NCBI RefSeq assembly: GCF_009914755.1
Contig: NC_060937.1
Source: the human T2T-CHM13v2.0 reference genome, Homo sapiens
Direction: 5' to 3' (one strand)
Length of the DNA stretch: 64,000 nt
The translations under genes and the position numbers were made by a program. This document shows, one piece after another, positions 45,001-59,128 of the stretch. The notes beneath the pieces are model-generated. The model was not told the DNA's origin. It saw only the letters and a program-made list of their open reading frames with translations, and did not search any database. Position 1 is the stretch's first letter. The number at the start of each line of letters is the position of its first letter.

Positions 45001-46127
45001 AATGCCGCATATTCTTTATTTTGGTCTGGTTTTATTCTCTCATGGCATTCATGGGCTATCTCCTGTGTGTGCGTGACAAACACAAACCAATTTAAGCGTT
45101 AGTCTAAGATGAAACAAAGCTCCCTCACACAATATGTGTTCATCAAACTGATCATTTTAACATTCATGCCACAGATACCTCCCAGTGGCATGTTGGAGCT
45201 GACTAGCATACACTTTCTGAAAGGCGGCAGTGTTTGAATGGAGGAGAGGGGTGGGATGGGAGTGGGCTTTCAATCAGAATATTCTCAACTCTGCTTTTCA
45301 AATGTGTGATCTCAGGTGAGTTCACAGCTCACTCTAAAATGAAAGGATTGGACTGAATGATTTCCTAAGTTTCTTCTGGTTCTAAATCTTTCATTTTTTA
45401 CTGTGTCATCAAGTATCCTTTCATCTTTGGAGCTGTTTAAAAATGGTTAATGATTAGCTTACAAAAATCAGCCAATTCCTCTAAATTATCACTTAGTCCT
45501 ATTTGCTAAACTTATAATCTGTGAAACTGTTAGCACATAGAACATTTATACTAACCTCTCATTTGCTTTGTAGATTCTAGCCCATGAGGCAAATTAATTG
45601 CATAACTGATACACCTAAGTATACAGAATACAGTCATGCAACACTAGACACATTCATATTACTCTGAATTGTGCCTCAATAAAGCCTGTAATAAAAACCT
45701 GTGACTTTGTCATTTAAAAGTGGCTCTTAAAGTGCAGTCCAAAAAGGCATTCAAGGGAAATGATCTCTGAAGCTTGGTGAAAATGATTCCCGGGCTACAG
45801 AATCTGCATTTTAACACATACCCTATGATCACTGAAGTTTAGGAAATACTGGCTGAAGGAGGGATTGTAGTTTTAACTAGAATCATTTCTGAAAATGAAC
45901 CACTGAAAAAATGGGGCAGTGCTCTGAATATTATTTTGGGAGCGATTACATATTTTAACAAATTAAATATATATAACAAATTAAAGTTTGGTAACATATT
46001 GAGTCTTAAGAATTTTCCAAACAGCTACCTGAGCCTCCAGTAAAAACAAAAACAGAATTTTCCACTCTTTCCCTAGCTACACAGTAAGCAGCATTGGATA
46101 CTATAAATTTTGTAAGTACATTTTTAA

Positions 46128-46364
<237 letters not shown>

Positions 46365-46513
46365 TGAATCTTTCCATAACCCCCAAGTTCAGGTGTGGTG
46401 TAGTATTTTTTAAAAAGGAACACTAAAGAAAACAAAAAGTTTTTGAAAAATGACGGGGAAGAAGAGATATCCATCCCATAAAAATAATTCTGAAAGTTAC
46501 CTTCAATAAGGAA

Positions 46514-46519
46514 TTTATT
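46514..46519 (-). terminator. Candidate distal INTS6 polyadenylation signal (inside SERPINE3 intron between coding exons 6 and 7)
   Basis: AATAAA on - strand. The 4.1 kb between it and the INTS6 stop is AT-rich and free of obvious interspersed repeats, as expected for a long 3'UTR. Confidence 0.5.
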
Positions 46520-46638
46520 CCATGGAATGTGTTGAAAACAGGAGACAGGATTGGCTAAATGGCATCTTTTCTCTTTAATTTTCCCATCTGCACCCCCATC
46601 ACAACAGTAAACAATCAAATGCCATTAGGATGCTTTGA

Positions 46639-46917
<279 letters not shown>

Positions 46918-49158
46918 CTGTTTTTATGGTGCTTCAGAAGCTACCCAGTTGCTATCTTCTATCCTAAGAAAGGGGACTATTTCGTAAGTACAAAGGAAAC
47001 TTATCCTCCATGTTTTTTACCTTCTCATTCTCTCAGCTCATATATAGTTAATGTAGATTTTTTTTTTTAATGCTATAGGTTTCTACTTCTGAAGACACTT
47101 GGAAAAATCATGAAAGTAAAATAAATTATAAATCTTGCCCTTTTTTCCCTTTGTCCCCTAGCTTTCTTATCATTTTAGAGTTTTTTCAGGTCACTAGAGT
47201 ACACCAGAGTAGTCCTCTTGTGATCCTAGTATTCTAATGAATGCACCTGGATTTCTATACTGTTCTGTTGATCTTTCTCAAAAATCAAATGTTTGCCCTA
47301 GTACTTTTAAGTCCTACTACATAACCTTATGGTAATCCAAAGATGGTGTGGTACCGGCAAAGCCTCAGTACATCAGAAGGACACACAAATATTCTTAGGC
47401 TTCGACAATATTGAACAAAGTCTTTAGATTATTTCTCTTAATGTTCTTCCTCCCCCACTCACAATTACTTAGCCTAGGAAGGAAAAGAGATTCTCAGTTA
47501 AGAGTTGTTGGCAAGTCTAAACAGTGTATTAAAAAGAAATAGGATAGAACAAGACTAATAAAATCAAGCAAAGGTGGATCTACTTTAACTAAACATCAGG
47601 CATTACTTTTATTTATGGAGAAAAATGTCAAAAGTTAGAATGAAAATTATGCATAGTTTTACATAAATTGTTAAGGAAATACTGTCAACATCATTTTATC
47701 TGAGAATCATTTGCATCCTGCTGTACCTTGTGCTAGAAATCAAAGGAACATTTTTGTGACGAGAAAGATATAAACCATTCACTAGAAAATAATCTATTTG
47801 GGATTATTTGGAGAGAAAAAGTCCATCAACAGAGTATGTCTTCCTAGTATTTCACCATGATCATCCCAACCACATAACGATTAGATGAAAATATCACTTA
47901 TCACCCAGAACAGGCGGCAGAGAGCCTTCTCTTAGAAAGGACACGTCAAAAAAATGAAAGATGAGAAAAAGGACAGGTTCTACTCCCTAAGGAAACAAAG
48001 AGACAGGACTACATTTGAACAGAAAGGTCATTGCCAAAAGCCAATAGCCAATAAAGGTTGATAGGTAAAAGAGAGATTCTGATTTTGGAATTCAAGTGCA
48101 TAAAAATGATGTAAAATCCTTAAACAAGGAAAAGACACACCACTATTTCAATGGTAGGAGTTTTCAGAACTGCCTCAGTAATCAGAATGAAAATATAAGG
48201 ATAATCCAAAACCAGTTCCACAATCCACTGGAATTCTAATAGTCCTTGTGACTTTACCTCTATCTGGGAGGCATTAGCCTACATCACACAACACAGTGGC
48301 TGCTCTTCTGGTGATGGTTATGGAAGAGTTTAGAAATGAGTCTCAGCCTTCATTATTTCCAACTGACAAATCTTACTAAGAGCAACTAATGAATCAATCA
48401 GCAAATGAGAAACATGGGAGACATTAAAAAAAAAGATTTGAAAACCTCAAGATTAAACTTTCCAAGAATATCATTTGTCGAGCCTTAAGTCATTCAGTGA
48501 CATAAAGGGCCTAAAAGACATGATGTTTCCCCTAGATGTATTTCCCTTCCCCTTTGACAATAATTCTACAACAAGTATTCTAATTTAACTAATATACCCA
48601 TTTTTTTTTTAAATGAAAAAAGCCTGAGGGAGATGAGATATTAACCTTTAGTTCTGATAGGTTTCAAACCCTCCTGACCAGGTTTTAGGATGAGGTGAGA
48701 ACAGTGGCAGAGAGATAAAGGACAAAAAGAAGAGATGAACAAAACTGCTACTTCTCACCTCCCTCCAGGGTTCATTCAGAAAAATGTATTAAAGGTCATG
48801 AGCAATCTGTGAAACAGAAAATAAAACTTTCTGATAAGGAAAGCTGCTCAATATTGGGATGGGCTGAATCTCTTTCCTAGATACTCTTGTTAAGTATGAA
48901 TTTTTATCTGAATGACTTCTAATTCCTCCTAGTAATTCCAGAATCTAAATATATATAATTTAGGAACAGACAATATATTCTGGATTTTGTGTAACTCTCA
49001 ATGAATTTAGCAATGTGACTACAGGCAATTACCTTAACAATTCCATCTATTAAATGTTATCTTGCATTACTTAAAAGTATTTGTATAGAAGTAAACAAAG
49101 CTTAAAGAACTGCATATGAAAATACTATATAATATTAAATTCTTCTTTTTCTTGACAG

Positions 49159-49202
49159 GGTTTGTCTTCAGTATTGGGAGAGTTTCAAATCCCCTAGACT
49201 AA
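49159..49202 (+). CDS. SERPINE3: SERPINE3 terminal coding exon 8 (404-aa isoform)
   Basis: tcttctttttcttgacag|GG TTT GTC TTC AGT ATT GGG AGA GTT TCA AAT CCC CTA GAC TAA = GFVFSIGRVSNPLD*, the canonical serpin s4B/s5B G-x-V-x-N-P end. Total CDS is 1215 nt. Confidence 0.93.
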
Positions 49203-49629
49203 ATGCATGTTCTCCACTTTCATCAATGCTTTTCTTCATAAAGTTATAATTTCATTTTGCTATACCCTTGAAATTTAAAAAAATGTCTGATAAAGTGTAA
49301 AAAGCTAAGGGTATGTGATTTTCAATATTATAAACCTAAAAATACTTCAGTTTTTAAATGTTATAAGTTTATTTTGCCTACTCTTAATCCAAATCTATTT
49401 TGACCTTCTTTTCTACTGCTTACCCCCCAAACCACTAAAAGGCACAGCAGTGATCATGAATGGTGAGTGAGTCAGGCCATAAGATTGCTTCCTCAGTACG
49501 GATACTCTAGGCCATGTTGAATTGAGGGTGGAGAATGAATAGCGTGGTTTTCCTTATCCTGTGAAACTCAGGGGGGATGCAAAATGAGCAAAGTCATCTT
49601 AAAGGTGTTTCCTTTCCATTTAGCTTATA

Positions 49630-49635
49630 AATAAA
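49630..49635 (+). terminator. Candidate SERPINE3 polyadenylation signal
   Basis: AATAAA ~430 nt downstream of the exon-8 stop; the first canonical hexamer I found after the stop. Confidence 0.6.
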
Positions 49636-50158
49636 ACAGAGTTTAAGTGTGAGAACAGCAGAGCAGAACAAGGAGGCCTCCAATTTGTTGTGGGCTTTTG
49701 CAAGCATGGCATGAAGCTGCTAAAGGCTAGATATTTCAGAGCATGTACTGTACTCCAAACCTACCACTCCCTAACAGCTTCAGCTTCGTGCCATCCACAA
49801 TCCTAGTGATAAAGGAAAAGGTGTTGAAGTAAGGAAACCAATAATATCCAAAGTTGTTTGCTTTTTAAATAGCTTTTAAAGTATCTGTCTATCTGCCCCA
49901 TACAAAGTCATTCCCATAATCTAGGCAGAAATGGGAGTATGTTGGCATGGCCAACAAAAACTACGAACATATAGTAAAAAGGCAATGCAGATTATGTAAC
50001 ATGTAATTACAGTTAGGCTTAACAAACATGAACTTCAAGTGGTGTATTTTTCCAATGCTAAAAAGCAAGGCCTTTAAAATTCCATTATCTTAGGATGTTT
50101 TTAAATGATTACTTTAAATGTGATTATTTCCTAAACCACACAAGAGTAAAATAGAGCA

Positions 50159-50164
50159 TTTATT
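50159..50164 (-). terminator. Candidate proximal INTS6 polyadenylation signal
   Basis: TTTATT on + (AATAAA on -) ~510 nt past the INTS6 stop, in AU-rich sequence. Confidence 0.55.
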
Positions 50165-50671
50165 GATGGAATAACAAAAGTGCTTTTCTTAAATATTCTT
50201 CAAAATACATTTGTACAACTTACAATAATATATCCAAAATAACTGTATATACAAAACATTACCTAGTTTTAATGTATGTGCTTTTTTCCCCAAAAATTAC
50301 AAAGTAACTTCTTTTTTTTTTGGCAAAGTTCAACCTTAACAGAGGTGACAATTTTAAAGGTTGGTTTAAGAAAATAGAACCTGAGGGAAATTGACACGCA
50401 AGAGTCAATGACAAGCAAGAGATTTGGAGGAATATTTTTAGTTTGTTAAATTAAAAATGTTTTTTAGAGTGATACTTTTCACATTACAAAAATAAACCAA
50501 AATGAAGAAAAGGTCACTGTAAAATGATGGAAAAAGGATCTGTAGATTTGCTTTTAGTATTTCAAATAGCCAACAATGCATGTCAGAAAATGAATGCAAG
50601 ATCACAACAGTCTTGTATTTACTTTGTATTTGAAGAAGATAGTGAAATAAGTGGCCACATTCTATTTTCTT

Positions 50672-50765
50672 TTAATTGCTATTAATATGGTTGATCTGAT
50701 TGGCTCTTCGATGAATTTCATCCAAGAAGTTCTCCAGTTGTTCTATTAGCATTCGTTTTTTAAAC
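50672..50765 (-). CDS. INTS6: INTS6 last coding exon
   Basis: tacag|G TTT AAA AAA CGA ... AGC AAT TAA; FKKRMLIEQLENFLDEIHRRANQINHINSN*. The seven exons sum to 1278 nt in one continuous frame. Confidence 0.96.
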
Positions 50766-51933
50766 CTGTATGAAAAAATAAATAGTACTCTCAATTACTT
50801 TTTAATGAATAGTATATATCAGTATAATTTTTTTAAGAAAGGAGAGAAAATTTTGGGAAGATTTTTCAAAGTGAAATGAAAATAGAAAAATCAATACTAC
50901 GACAATATAAAATATGTTGAAAGATTAGCAAATTATTATCCTAGTACAGTATTATAGTTTGTCCCTAAAACACTCTAGGGCTAAACAATGGGAAAGAGGT
51001 TGTTCCTTCCACAACCGAAAAGAAAAAGGAAAAAACAAACAAAAAAACAAAAAACTAATATATTCAAAATATATTCAAGGGCTGCAAACACTCTAGTGAA
51101 ATTTGGGCTCCCCAAGCAAATACTTCAATAGCTTCTTCTCATGCTCTTTGTAAGCTGAATATTGAAAGGAATGTGAACAAAGTATGAATATAATCTCCCA
51201 CAAAATGGAAGAAGAAATGAAAATTGGTCAGCAGCATTTAAAAACCATGGTATTCTATTACAATTTGAGAGCTAGCAAATCAAGGATAGACATCTATAAT
51301 ACAGAGTATAGCAAGCAGTTAAAGTTCAAGTAACAACTTTTAAAGATTTTCAGTAACAAATATGGACAGACTAAAATTGCATCTGTATACGTAACTGCTG
51401 ACGGTTTTAAGAATATCCCAAGACACTGGACATTTTATTCCTACTTCCTTGCTACTTAGAAGCTAATATAAATAGCCACCATAATACTACACAACTCTCT
51501 AAAAGGTGGCAGAAGTGAAGTACAGATACCGGGGATATAAATTCCTAATGAGGTTTTAGCTGACAGAATGTTACCATAAAGAGCATAATAGGTTAAATAC
51601 TCAAAATTACATGAAAAGTTATAGCCTTATCTTGATCCTGCAAACTGGCCTATGCTCTAGCCACTCCAAAAGTACAAAAAGAAAAGAAAACCAGAAACAA
51701 AACCAACTTTATCTAAAATCTTCATGTGTAGCATAGAAGAGACAGGGGGACAAAGTATAAGTGTGTTTACATTTAGAAGGTGGGATGTGATAAGCCCCAA
51801 GTTTTCTTATAATACTAAAATCCCCAAAATCTTGAAGGGAAAATAAAAAATGTTTTTAAACTCATACAACTATGTTTTCCAGTTAATTGCACTTCTTAAT
51901 TACCATTTATAACCTTTATCCACCTTCTTTACA

Positions 51934-52272
51934 CAGTGATCCCTCGGTATGGATGGGGGATTTATTCTAGGCCTCCCTATGAACACTAAAATCCACGAAT
52001 GCTCAAGTCCCTTGTATAAAATGGCCCAATATTTGCATGTAACCTATGTACATTCTCCCATATGCTCTAAATAATCTCTACATTATTTATAATACTAATA
52101 CAGTGTAAATACGATATGAATTAGACTGAATTATTTAGAAAATGACAAGAAAAAAAAAGCCTGTACATATTCAATACAGATACAACCATCCATTTCCCCG
52201 CCTCCAAATACTTTCAATCTGTGGTTGCTTGAATCCAATGAATGTGGAACCCAGGGATACAGAGGGCCAATG
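51934..52272 (+). mobile_element. MER2-like Tigger MITE
   Basis: cagtgatccctcggtat...gctcaagtcccttgtataaaatggc...ggatacagagggccaatg|ta: terminal inverted repeats. Confidence 0.82.
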
Positions 52273-52724
52273 TACTAATGATCCTGGGCTACTGAAACAA
52301 TCAGAATAAGGCCCATTTGTCCAATTCTTGTCTCCTTAATTACGTTTTCCCATGTAAAAATAAATGACACTCAAGTACGTTATTTTTAGTCACCAATATT
52401 AATGTATAAAGGAGAAAAATTAAAGGTTATAAAATATTAATGTAAAGATATCAAAAAGCTACAGAGAAGAATAACAAGAATTCTCCAAGTATCCAGTAAT
52501 TTGTAGGGAGAAAAGGTCCATAATTCCTGAAGAATGTATGTGTGGCTGTTTTCTAAGTGAATTTCTTTCAATAAACTAAAAAAGAATAAGAATTTATTTA
52601 TATGTTGGTATGCCATATACATTTATAAACAATACAAGTGCAAAACGGATACTATTAAAATACTGCCTATATAAACTGTGGACTCATTTCATCACCATTT
52701 CATTATATGCAATAGTTTATTTAC

Positions 52725-52818
52725 CTTGATGCTTCTTTAATGACATTTTGTAAAAATATTAGTCTTGTTTGTAAACTGCCTTGCACATGCTTCAGTAAAG
52801 TGAAGATTCTTTCATATT
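52725..52818 (-). CDS. INTS6: INTS6 penultimate exon
   Basis: ttgctttaag|AA TAT ... TCA AG|gtaaa; 94 nt. KYERIFTLLKHVQGSLQTRLIFLQNVIKEAS(R), part of the INTS6/SAGE1/CT45 C-terminal domain. Confidence 0.95.
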
Positions 52819-53858
52819 CTTAAAGCAAAAGAAACAAAAAGAAAAATTAAGTGCCTTTCATTTGTATTCTTATTCAATATTCTTCTTTTGCAGTTTATGA
52901 TATTAAGATATACTGAGATAAAAACATTCTACATAAAAATTTCACCACTCATTAGAGATTTTATATTTTAACATATATGTAAAAGTAAGTACACAGCAAC
53001 AAAGATAAAACAACTAATCAAACCCTGCTTTGTAAGTAAAAGTTCCTATTAAGGTATCAAACATAAAGCTTAAAAGGATGAGTAAATAGCTTTATGGTAG
53101 TATCACTAAAAAATAAGAACAAGTGGCCTTTACAAAACTCCATCCTTACAGTTTAAAATTCTAACAGCTAACATGGGGGTAACTGGGAAGTGGGGGTAAA
53201 AACCAGACAGGTTAAGAGTGTTATTTCAGTTTAAAGTTTTCATATGAAACTCTGCAAGGGCTATAAACGTCTGAACTCCAAGGACTGATTTGTTCCCATT
53301 TCTGGACCACCCAGGTCATTCTACTACCCCAGGGCAAGTGATCTGTTAACATCCTCTAAATGAATGCCAATAATACTGAACTTTTTCCCACGAAGTTCTT
53401 TTGTGTTCATATACCAGAGAGCTTTCATAACTTTAGTTTTTTGGCCTAAACATATCCTATAATATCACAGTTTAACTACTAAACATAGTGGTAGGCACTA
53501 TGACAAGAACTTTACAGACATGAAGTCATTTAATTTTCACTATATCTCTTGTGAGCTAGCTGCTATATTAAAATTCCATCGTTGGTCAGAATATTCAAGA
53601 CTATGGGTTCCTGTCAATTTATCTGTACAGTGTTGCTCTGCTCTCAGTCCCTGCTGCCTACCACCATACCTAGTACCTTGGAAATAGAAGATATTTGGTG
53701 TTGGTCAGATGAATAAAGGATCTTAACTGAGATGTTGTTCAAGACAGATCTAGAATCATATGTATTCTTTTACTACAGTTACTTGACTTTTTTTTTCTTT
53801 TTTGCTTTTTGAGCACATACAGAAATCAGATCTGAGGTTCGTCTCTTATTATACATAC

Positions 53859-54230
53859 TTCTTCCTGGCTTTCGGATCTCTTTCATTATTTGTGCTTTTA
53901 GTTCAGTATTGACCTCTTCATGGCTTCTGCAATGCATCAATTTCTTTCCTTTGTTGAGTGAAGATGCTGGTATGTTCTCTTCAGCACATTGTTCTTTATC
54001 TCTTGGCTCCTCATGATTTTCTAAAAATCCACCAACAGTGAGGTCATTGGTTCCTAAATGGTCATGACCAAGAGCCTCCATATGATTGGTTGGCCGTTCC
54101 AGTAAACTGGCTGGAGAAGATGCTGAAAATTCCGTATCCATAGCATTTGGTGTAATGTCTGATGAAAGTTGGTCTGCAACATGATTTTCAACCACATCAT
54201 GTATTATCGAATCATTAGTGGTTTCTGAAA
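53859..54230 (-). CDS. INTS6: INTS6 coding exon (3rd from 3' end)
   Basis: tttttag|TT TCA GAA ... AGA A|gtatgt; 372 nt. SETTNDSIIHDVVENH...EVNTELKAQIMKEIRKPGR. Confidence 0.95.
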
Positions 54231-55384
54231 CTAAAAACAAAGATACGGGGAAAAAATTATGGGATCCAGTCTCAAAGCATACAGTAAATAAAGCTACAAA
54301 AGAACATTACTACAGCAAGTCAACTGTTTTCCTTGACTAATGCAAGTTAACAAATAATGTGATATAGTTTTTAAGCATTGCCAAAGATACGGTAGATTTC
54401 AATGTGACACATACACAGTATTTACAAAATATTTACAATTTTTACCCTTGGAGGAAAAAATAAAGCCAATTTCAAGTAGTTTTTAGTTTTCTGGTTTATT
54501 CTATAGCAATTTTATTGAAACAAGTAGGTTCTTGATACTTCAATGAAATATCTATGATCAAAATTATCACGGTCATCTATCTCTACCTTAGAGAGCCCTA
54601 ACTCACACATATGCCTTATACATCTGGTATCATTTAGAGGCAAAAGTAAACACTGGGTAGTTTTTACTTTCCACTTATATTTCTGCCTTTAACTGTTCCA
54701 AATTCTGCAGGGAACATACCACCAAACAGGTAATGTTTTACAGTATACCTTCTAACTAGAGAATCTAGTCATCATTTATTTACCAGTGCAGAGCAACCTG
54801 GTGCCCACTTCAGCTTATTAGACTACTAAAACTGAAAGCTCGCAAGCCTTCCTCTTAACACCAGATTATTAGACTTGCCCCACAGAAAGCAGCTGAATTT
54901 TAAGTTCTCTGATTGCTCACCAACCTCCAGGATCCCAGCTGAATTCATCTCTACTGTCCTCATTTCCTGTCCAAACTATAAACTTAGTTTACCCATATTC
55001 CCCTATACACTCATCACAAATCCCCCAAATTCCTGACTCTCTCCTAAATTCGATTCCATGATTTGCAAACTCCTCTTTACTGAATATTCTCTACAACAAC
55101 TTATGCTTTAACTGAAACCCAGCTCTCCTGTATGGAGACTGCTCTCCTTTCCAGACCAAAAGTAGAAATTGCTTTCTCTTGCACAATCTCCATAGGCATA
55201 AAAGGACATGGAGTCACTGATTCCTTCACTTCCTAGTGCTATTGCAAAATTACTCCCTTGCACTCTTGTGAGACTCAACCATGCCATTCACGCTGTCTCT
55301 CCTTATCACTATCTTAGGCCAATCTCCAGGGTACAAGCCTGTAAGCCACTGTTGTCTCTGGCACCCAGTTCATAGCCTTCCTTC

Positions 55385-55921
55385 TGTTGTGCTGAGCCCC
55401 TATCAACTCCAGTGGGGATGGCACCAAGTTCAAGAAGCCAAAGAAGAGACCCAGAGCCAGCAAACAAGACAAGGCGTTTTGTTGGGGGCTACATAAAGGG
55501 GAGCAAGCCCAGTGGTGGCAAGCTAGGCAGGAGAAGCACCTTACATACAGTCCAATGGTGGTGGGCTGGACAGGATAACTGCACGGCCCAGTGGCAGCAG
55601 GCTGGGCAGAAAAATGGCAACTGCTTGCAAAAAGTATACAGTTTATATCGTATTTTCACTTAGCACTCTTCCCCCTAACAACCTCCACCTGGCAACCTTC
55701 ATTTAACCCAAAACAAAGGGCCTCAATCCCCTGTCTGGCCTGCATTCACTTCACAATGGGTTAGGGGCACAGATGTTCCTTATAGATAGGGAATGGATCT
55801 TTGGGTTAGCCACCCTATTCCCTAGCTCAGAACTCCCAACCGCATGCAGGTGTTGTCTGCAAGCAGGGTCATTCTCAAGGTATGCTTCAGTTATTGCTAT
55901 CAAGCACATCTGCCATGCACA
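55385..55921 (-). mobile_element. ERVL-class solo LTR (MER54/MER73/MER74-like; subfamily uncertain)
   Basis: tgttgtgctgagcccctat...ggcaccaagttcaagaagccaaagaagagacccagagccagcaaac; a GC-richer block with TG...CA ends inside AT-rich intron. Confidence 0.6.
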
Positions 55922-55939
55922 TTCCACCCCCAAAGCCCT

Positions 55940-56120
55940 TCTGACTTCATTCTTGGTTCTTACTACTACTCGAAGTCTGGTGTGTGGACAAGCAGCAGTA
56001 CCACCAACAGAGAGCTTGCTAGAAATGCTCATCTGCCTCAGACTGAATAAATGAGAATCTGTAGTTTAACTAGACCTCCCAGGTGATTCACATGCATATT
56101 CAAGTCTGAGAAGTGCTGTG
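55940..56120. mobile_element. MER5A-like fragment
   Basis: gagcttgctagaaatgc...gaatctgtagtttaac...ctcccaggtgattcacatgca...caagtctgagaagtgctg. Confidence 0.65.
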
Positions 56121-56399
56121 GTGACTTCAGTGTTTAAGCAGATCACCTGTTAAGAACCTGGCCTCCCCATTCCCCAGCTTCTCTCTAAAGAACTTACACT
56201 TACACCTTCGCCTTTCACATCCAGACAAATTCAGAGATGGAGGAGTATCATCTTCACAGTACTCCCGCTACTGCTCCTTAACTCAGCCAGACTTTGACTC
56301 TAGCAATTCCTCTACTTTCTTCCTCCTATTAACCATATCCCTTCTAAGTAGCCAATTCTGTATCAGGCTTATATCCCTGTAAGTAAAAGTGATATATCA

Positions 56400-58820
56400 C
56401 TTTTACTAATGTCTGAATTTCTCTTATTCTACTGTCTTCCCATAACATCTGCCAAGCAAAATCCCATCTCTTGACTCACTATCTGCTTGCCCCAGACTTG
56501 CATTTGGAATCATGAGCGCTGCTGGAGAAATAGGGCCCAGCTCTACAGAGTGGTCACAATCACCATCTCTACTTGGATCCCAGGCACTGTCTAGCAACCT
56601 TATCACAATCTTTTCTCTCTCTCTCCCACAGAGATTGTTAAACTCCCTCACTCTCTTCAAACCTCTGACTTTCCCAATATCCCCTTCCGTCTCAGCAGTA
56701 TACTTCACCTTCTACCTCACAGAGCTCGGAAGAAAAGCAAAGCCATGATTAAGGGACTTCCTTTACCTTCCTCTAACTAAATTGCACACACCCTCGCCCC
56801 ACTTCCCCCACATTCAGTGTCAATGGAGGGAGCATTCTTTCATCTATGCTCTAGACCATTCCCTCTTGCGTTCTCAGTAATTTTGTGCTGAGTATGCCTT
56901 TTCTCATTTTTATTTTCAACCTCTCCCTCTTTACTGGTTCCACCACCAGCACTGAAACATGCTCAAGCATCTCTGATATTAAAAACAAAGAAAAATCACC
57001 ATTTTCAAAACCCTGTGAACTCTTCCAGATACCATGCTCTTTTCCCATCTTCCTTTTACAACTAAACTTAACTGGTCGTTTATACTCATAGCCATTGTTT
57101 CCATTTTCTCACCTCTCACTCCTCCCATAACCCCTTGTTAGGCTCTGCCCCTTTACTCCACAGAAACTGCTCTTGCTAAGATCGCCAAAGACCACAGAAT
57201 CTTTCCATTTCTCTTGATTGAACAGTTTTTTTTTTTTTTTTTAAAGTATTTGGGACAACTACCCACTCAATTATCTTGCCCTTTAGCTTCCATGACATTA
57301 AATTCTCCCCTATTTTCTCCTAGCTCTAAAATTCTTCCTTCTCAATCTCCTTTTCTGCTTTCTCCTCTTAACTTTGGCACTTTCAAGGTTCTGTTCTGAG
57401 CGTTTTTTCTTCTTTTTGCCTTGGTGAGATTTTATTCAGTGCAATAGGCAGTAACCTGCCTCTCATACTACCCCTCTAGCCCAATCCTCTTCTCCTGAGC
57501 CCAAACTCAATATTCATCTTCTAACTTAGGATCTCCACTTGATGACCTAATATGCACTTCTAAACTAAACTCATTTATCATTTCTTCTTCCACCCACCCA
57601 GTGTCTCTCAAGACATACGTCTGACTCCTCCCCTGCTCTGGTCCCAACATCTGACCAGTAACCAAGTCCTTCAGTGGTATGTCCAGGTATTTCTCAAATA
57701 CATATTCTTCTTGAAACCCCACTGTCAGGTCAGCAGCATCTGTTCCCCGGGTTTCCCAACTGATTCCTGTGCATGCACAATTATTTAATAACATCAAATA
57801 TACAGTCAGTGTCCATACTCTCCAACATGTTTTCTGTTTGTGGAAAAGTTTGATTTTGTTTGATTCTGAGTACAGTTAAGGCCTATACATTGCAACTGGC
57901 TTATATATCTCTTAAACTACATTTGAATCTGTAAAATCCTTCCGTACCCCTTTTATTTTTCTGGAAAAAATATTTTTTTTCCAGGAAAAAAACCCAACAG
58001 ATTCTTTGTCCTGTAGAGTTTTCTACAATCTGGATTTTACTAACGGTATCCCACATGTTTCTCTGTCCCCTGTATTTCCTATAAATTGGTTTGATTACAT
58101 TGATGTTCAATTTTGGTGTTTGGTTTTTTTTTTTTTGGGTAAGACAACTTCAAAGGCAGTATTGGATACTTCCATCAGGAGTCATATAATATTTTGTTTC
58201 CCTTCAGTTAACATGCTGTAAGTATGACCACTATATATAATTGATAAGTCCATTAATTCATTAGGGTTTCCCTACATTCATTCTTGCTCCTCTCTGATAA
58301 TAGTCCACACACATTACAGTCAACCTGGTCTTCATAAAATGCTAATCAGATTAGGTCACCATCATTTTAAGCCTTTCAGTGGATTCTCACTGTCCTTAGA
58401 ATAAAGTTGAAAATAGCTTCCAAGACCTTCCATAATCTGGCTTCTATCTTTCAGTTCTCACCTTACCTCATTCCCAACACCCTTGCTATACTGGAATTTT
58501 TTAAATTCCCTTAATGTCTTTCTCTTTATGCCTCTGCACATACTATTGCTCCAGCATAAGCAAACGGCACAGCTTTTGGCTTAAGCATTAACTTCTTCAG
58601 TTAAGTGCCTTGACTTCATTGACTTAAATCCTCTTGCCAAATGCTTCCAGAATATACTTGACATCTTTTTCGTAACATTCAACATACTTCCAATATCTGT
58701 TCAATGACTGACCTTCCTTGCTGATTATAAATGAGGGCAGAGATCACTCCTGTCTTCAGTGGTATACCTCAAAGCACAGCATTATCCAAAATAGCATACA
58801 TATTTAATAATTAGTTGACT
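56400..58820 (+). mobile_element. Degraded L2 LINE fragments
   Basis: C/T-rich segments with L2-like motifs (ctccacagaaactgctcttgctaag, tctcctgagccc, tcactgtccttagaataaa); boundaries approximate. Confidence 0.5.
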
Positions 58821-59128
58821 TCAACTGAAATTGAAAACCATCTTTCTGTGGATAGTGATAATGCTCCTTTCGAAAGTATTATTTTGAAAGATTTGCAAAT
58901 GTATGTTAGAACATAATAGCTAATAAAGCATCATAAATAAGAAATGTTCAAATGTTCATTAAAAAGACATACAAAAATGATTACATGCTCATTTAAACAA
59001 ATTTTCTATACATTCATTCACTCATTGTACTACTAATCAATTTCCTTCTATAATCTATAACAAAAATATCTTCCTTGAAAAGGAACCAAAAGGCAGCAAA
59101 TAATGTTTAAGAAAAAAACAATTCTTAC

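Noticed and set aside
47079-47200. Additional AG acceptors after SERPINE3 exon 7 (giving GFYF*, AFLSF*)
   Set aside because: T-rich antisense-3'UTR sequence generates many acceptor-like sites, and the products would lack s5B. There is no support beyond the motif.
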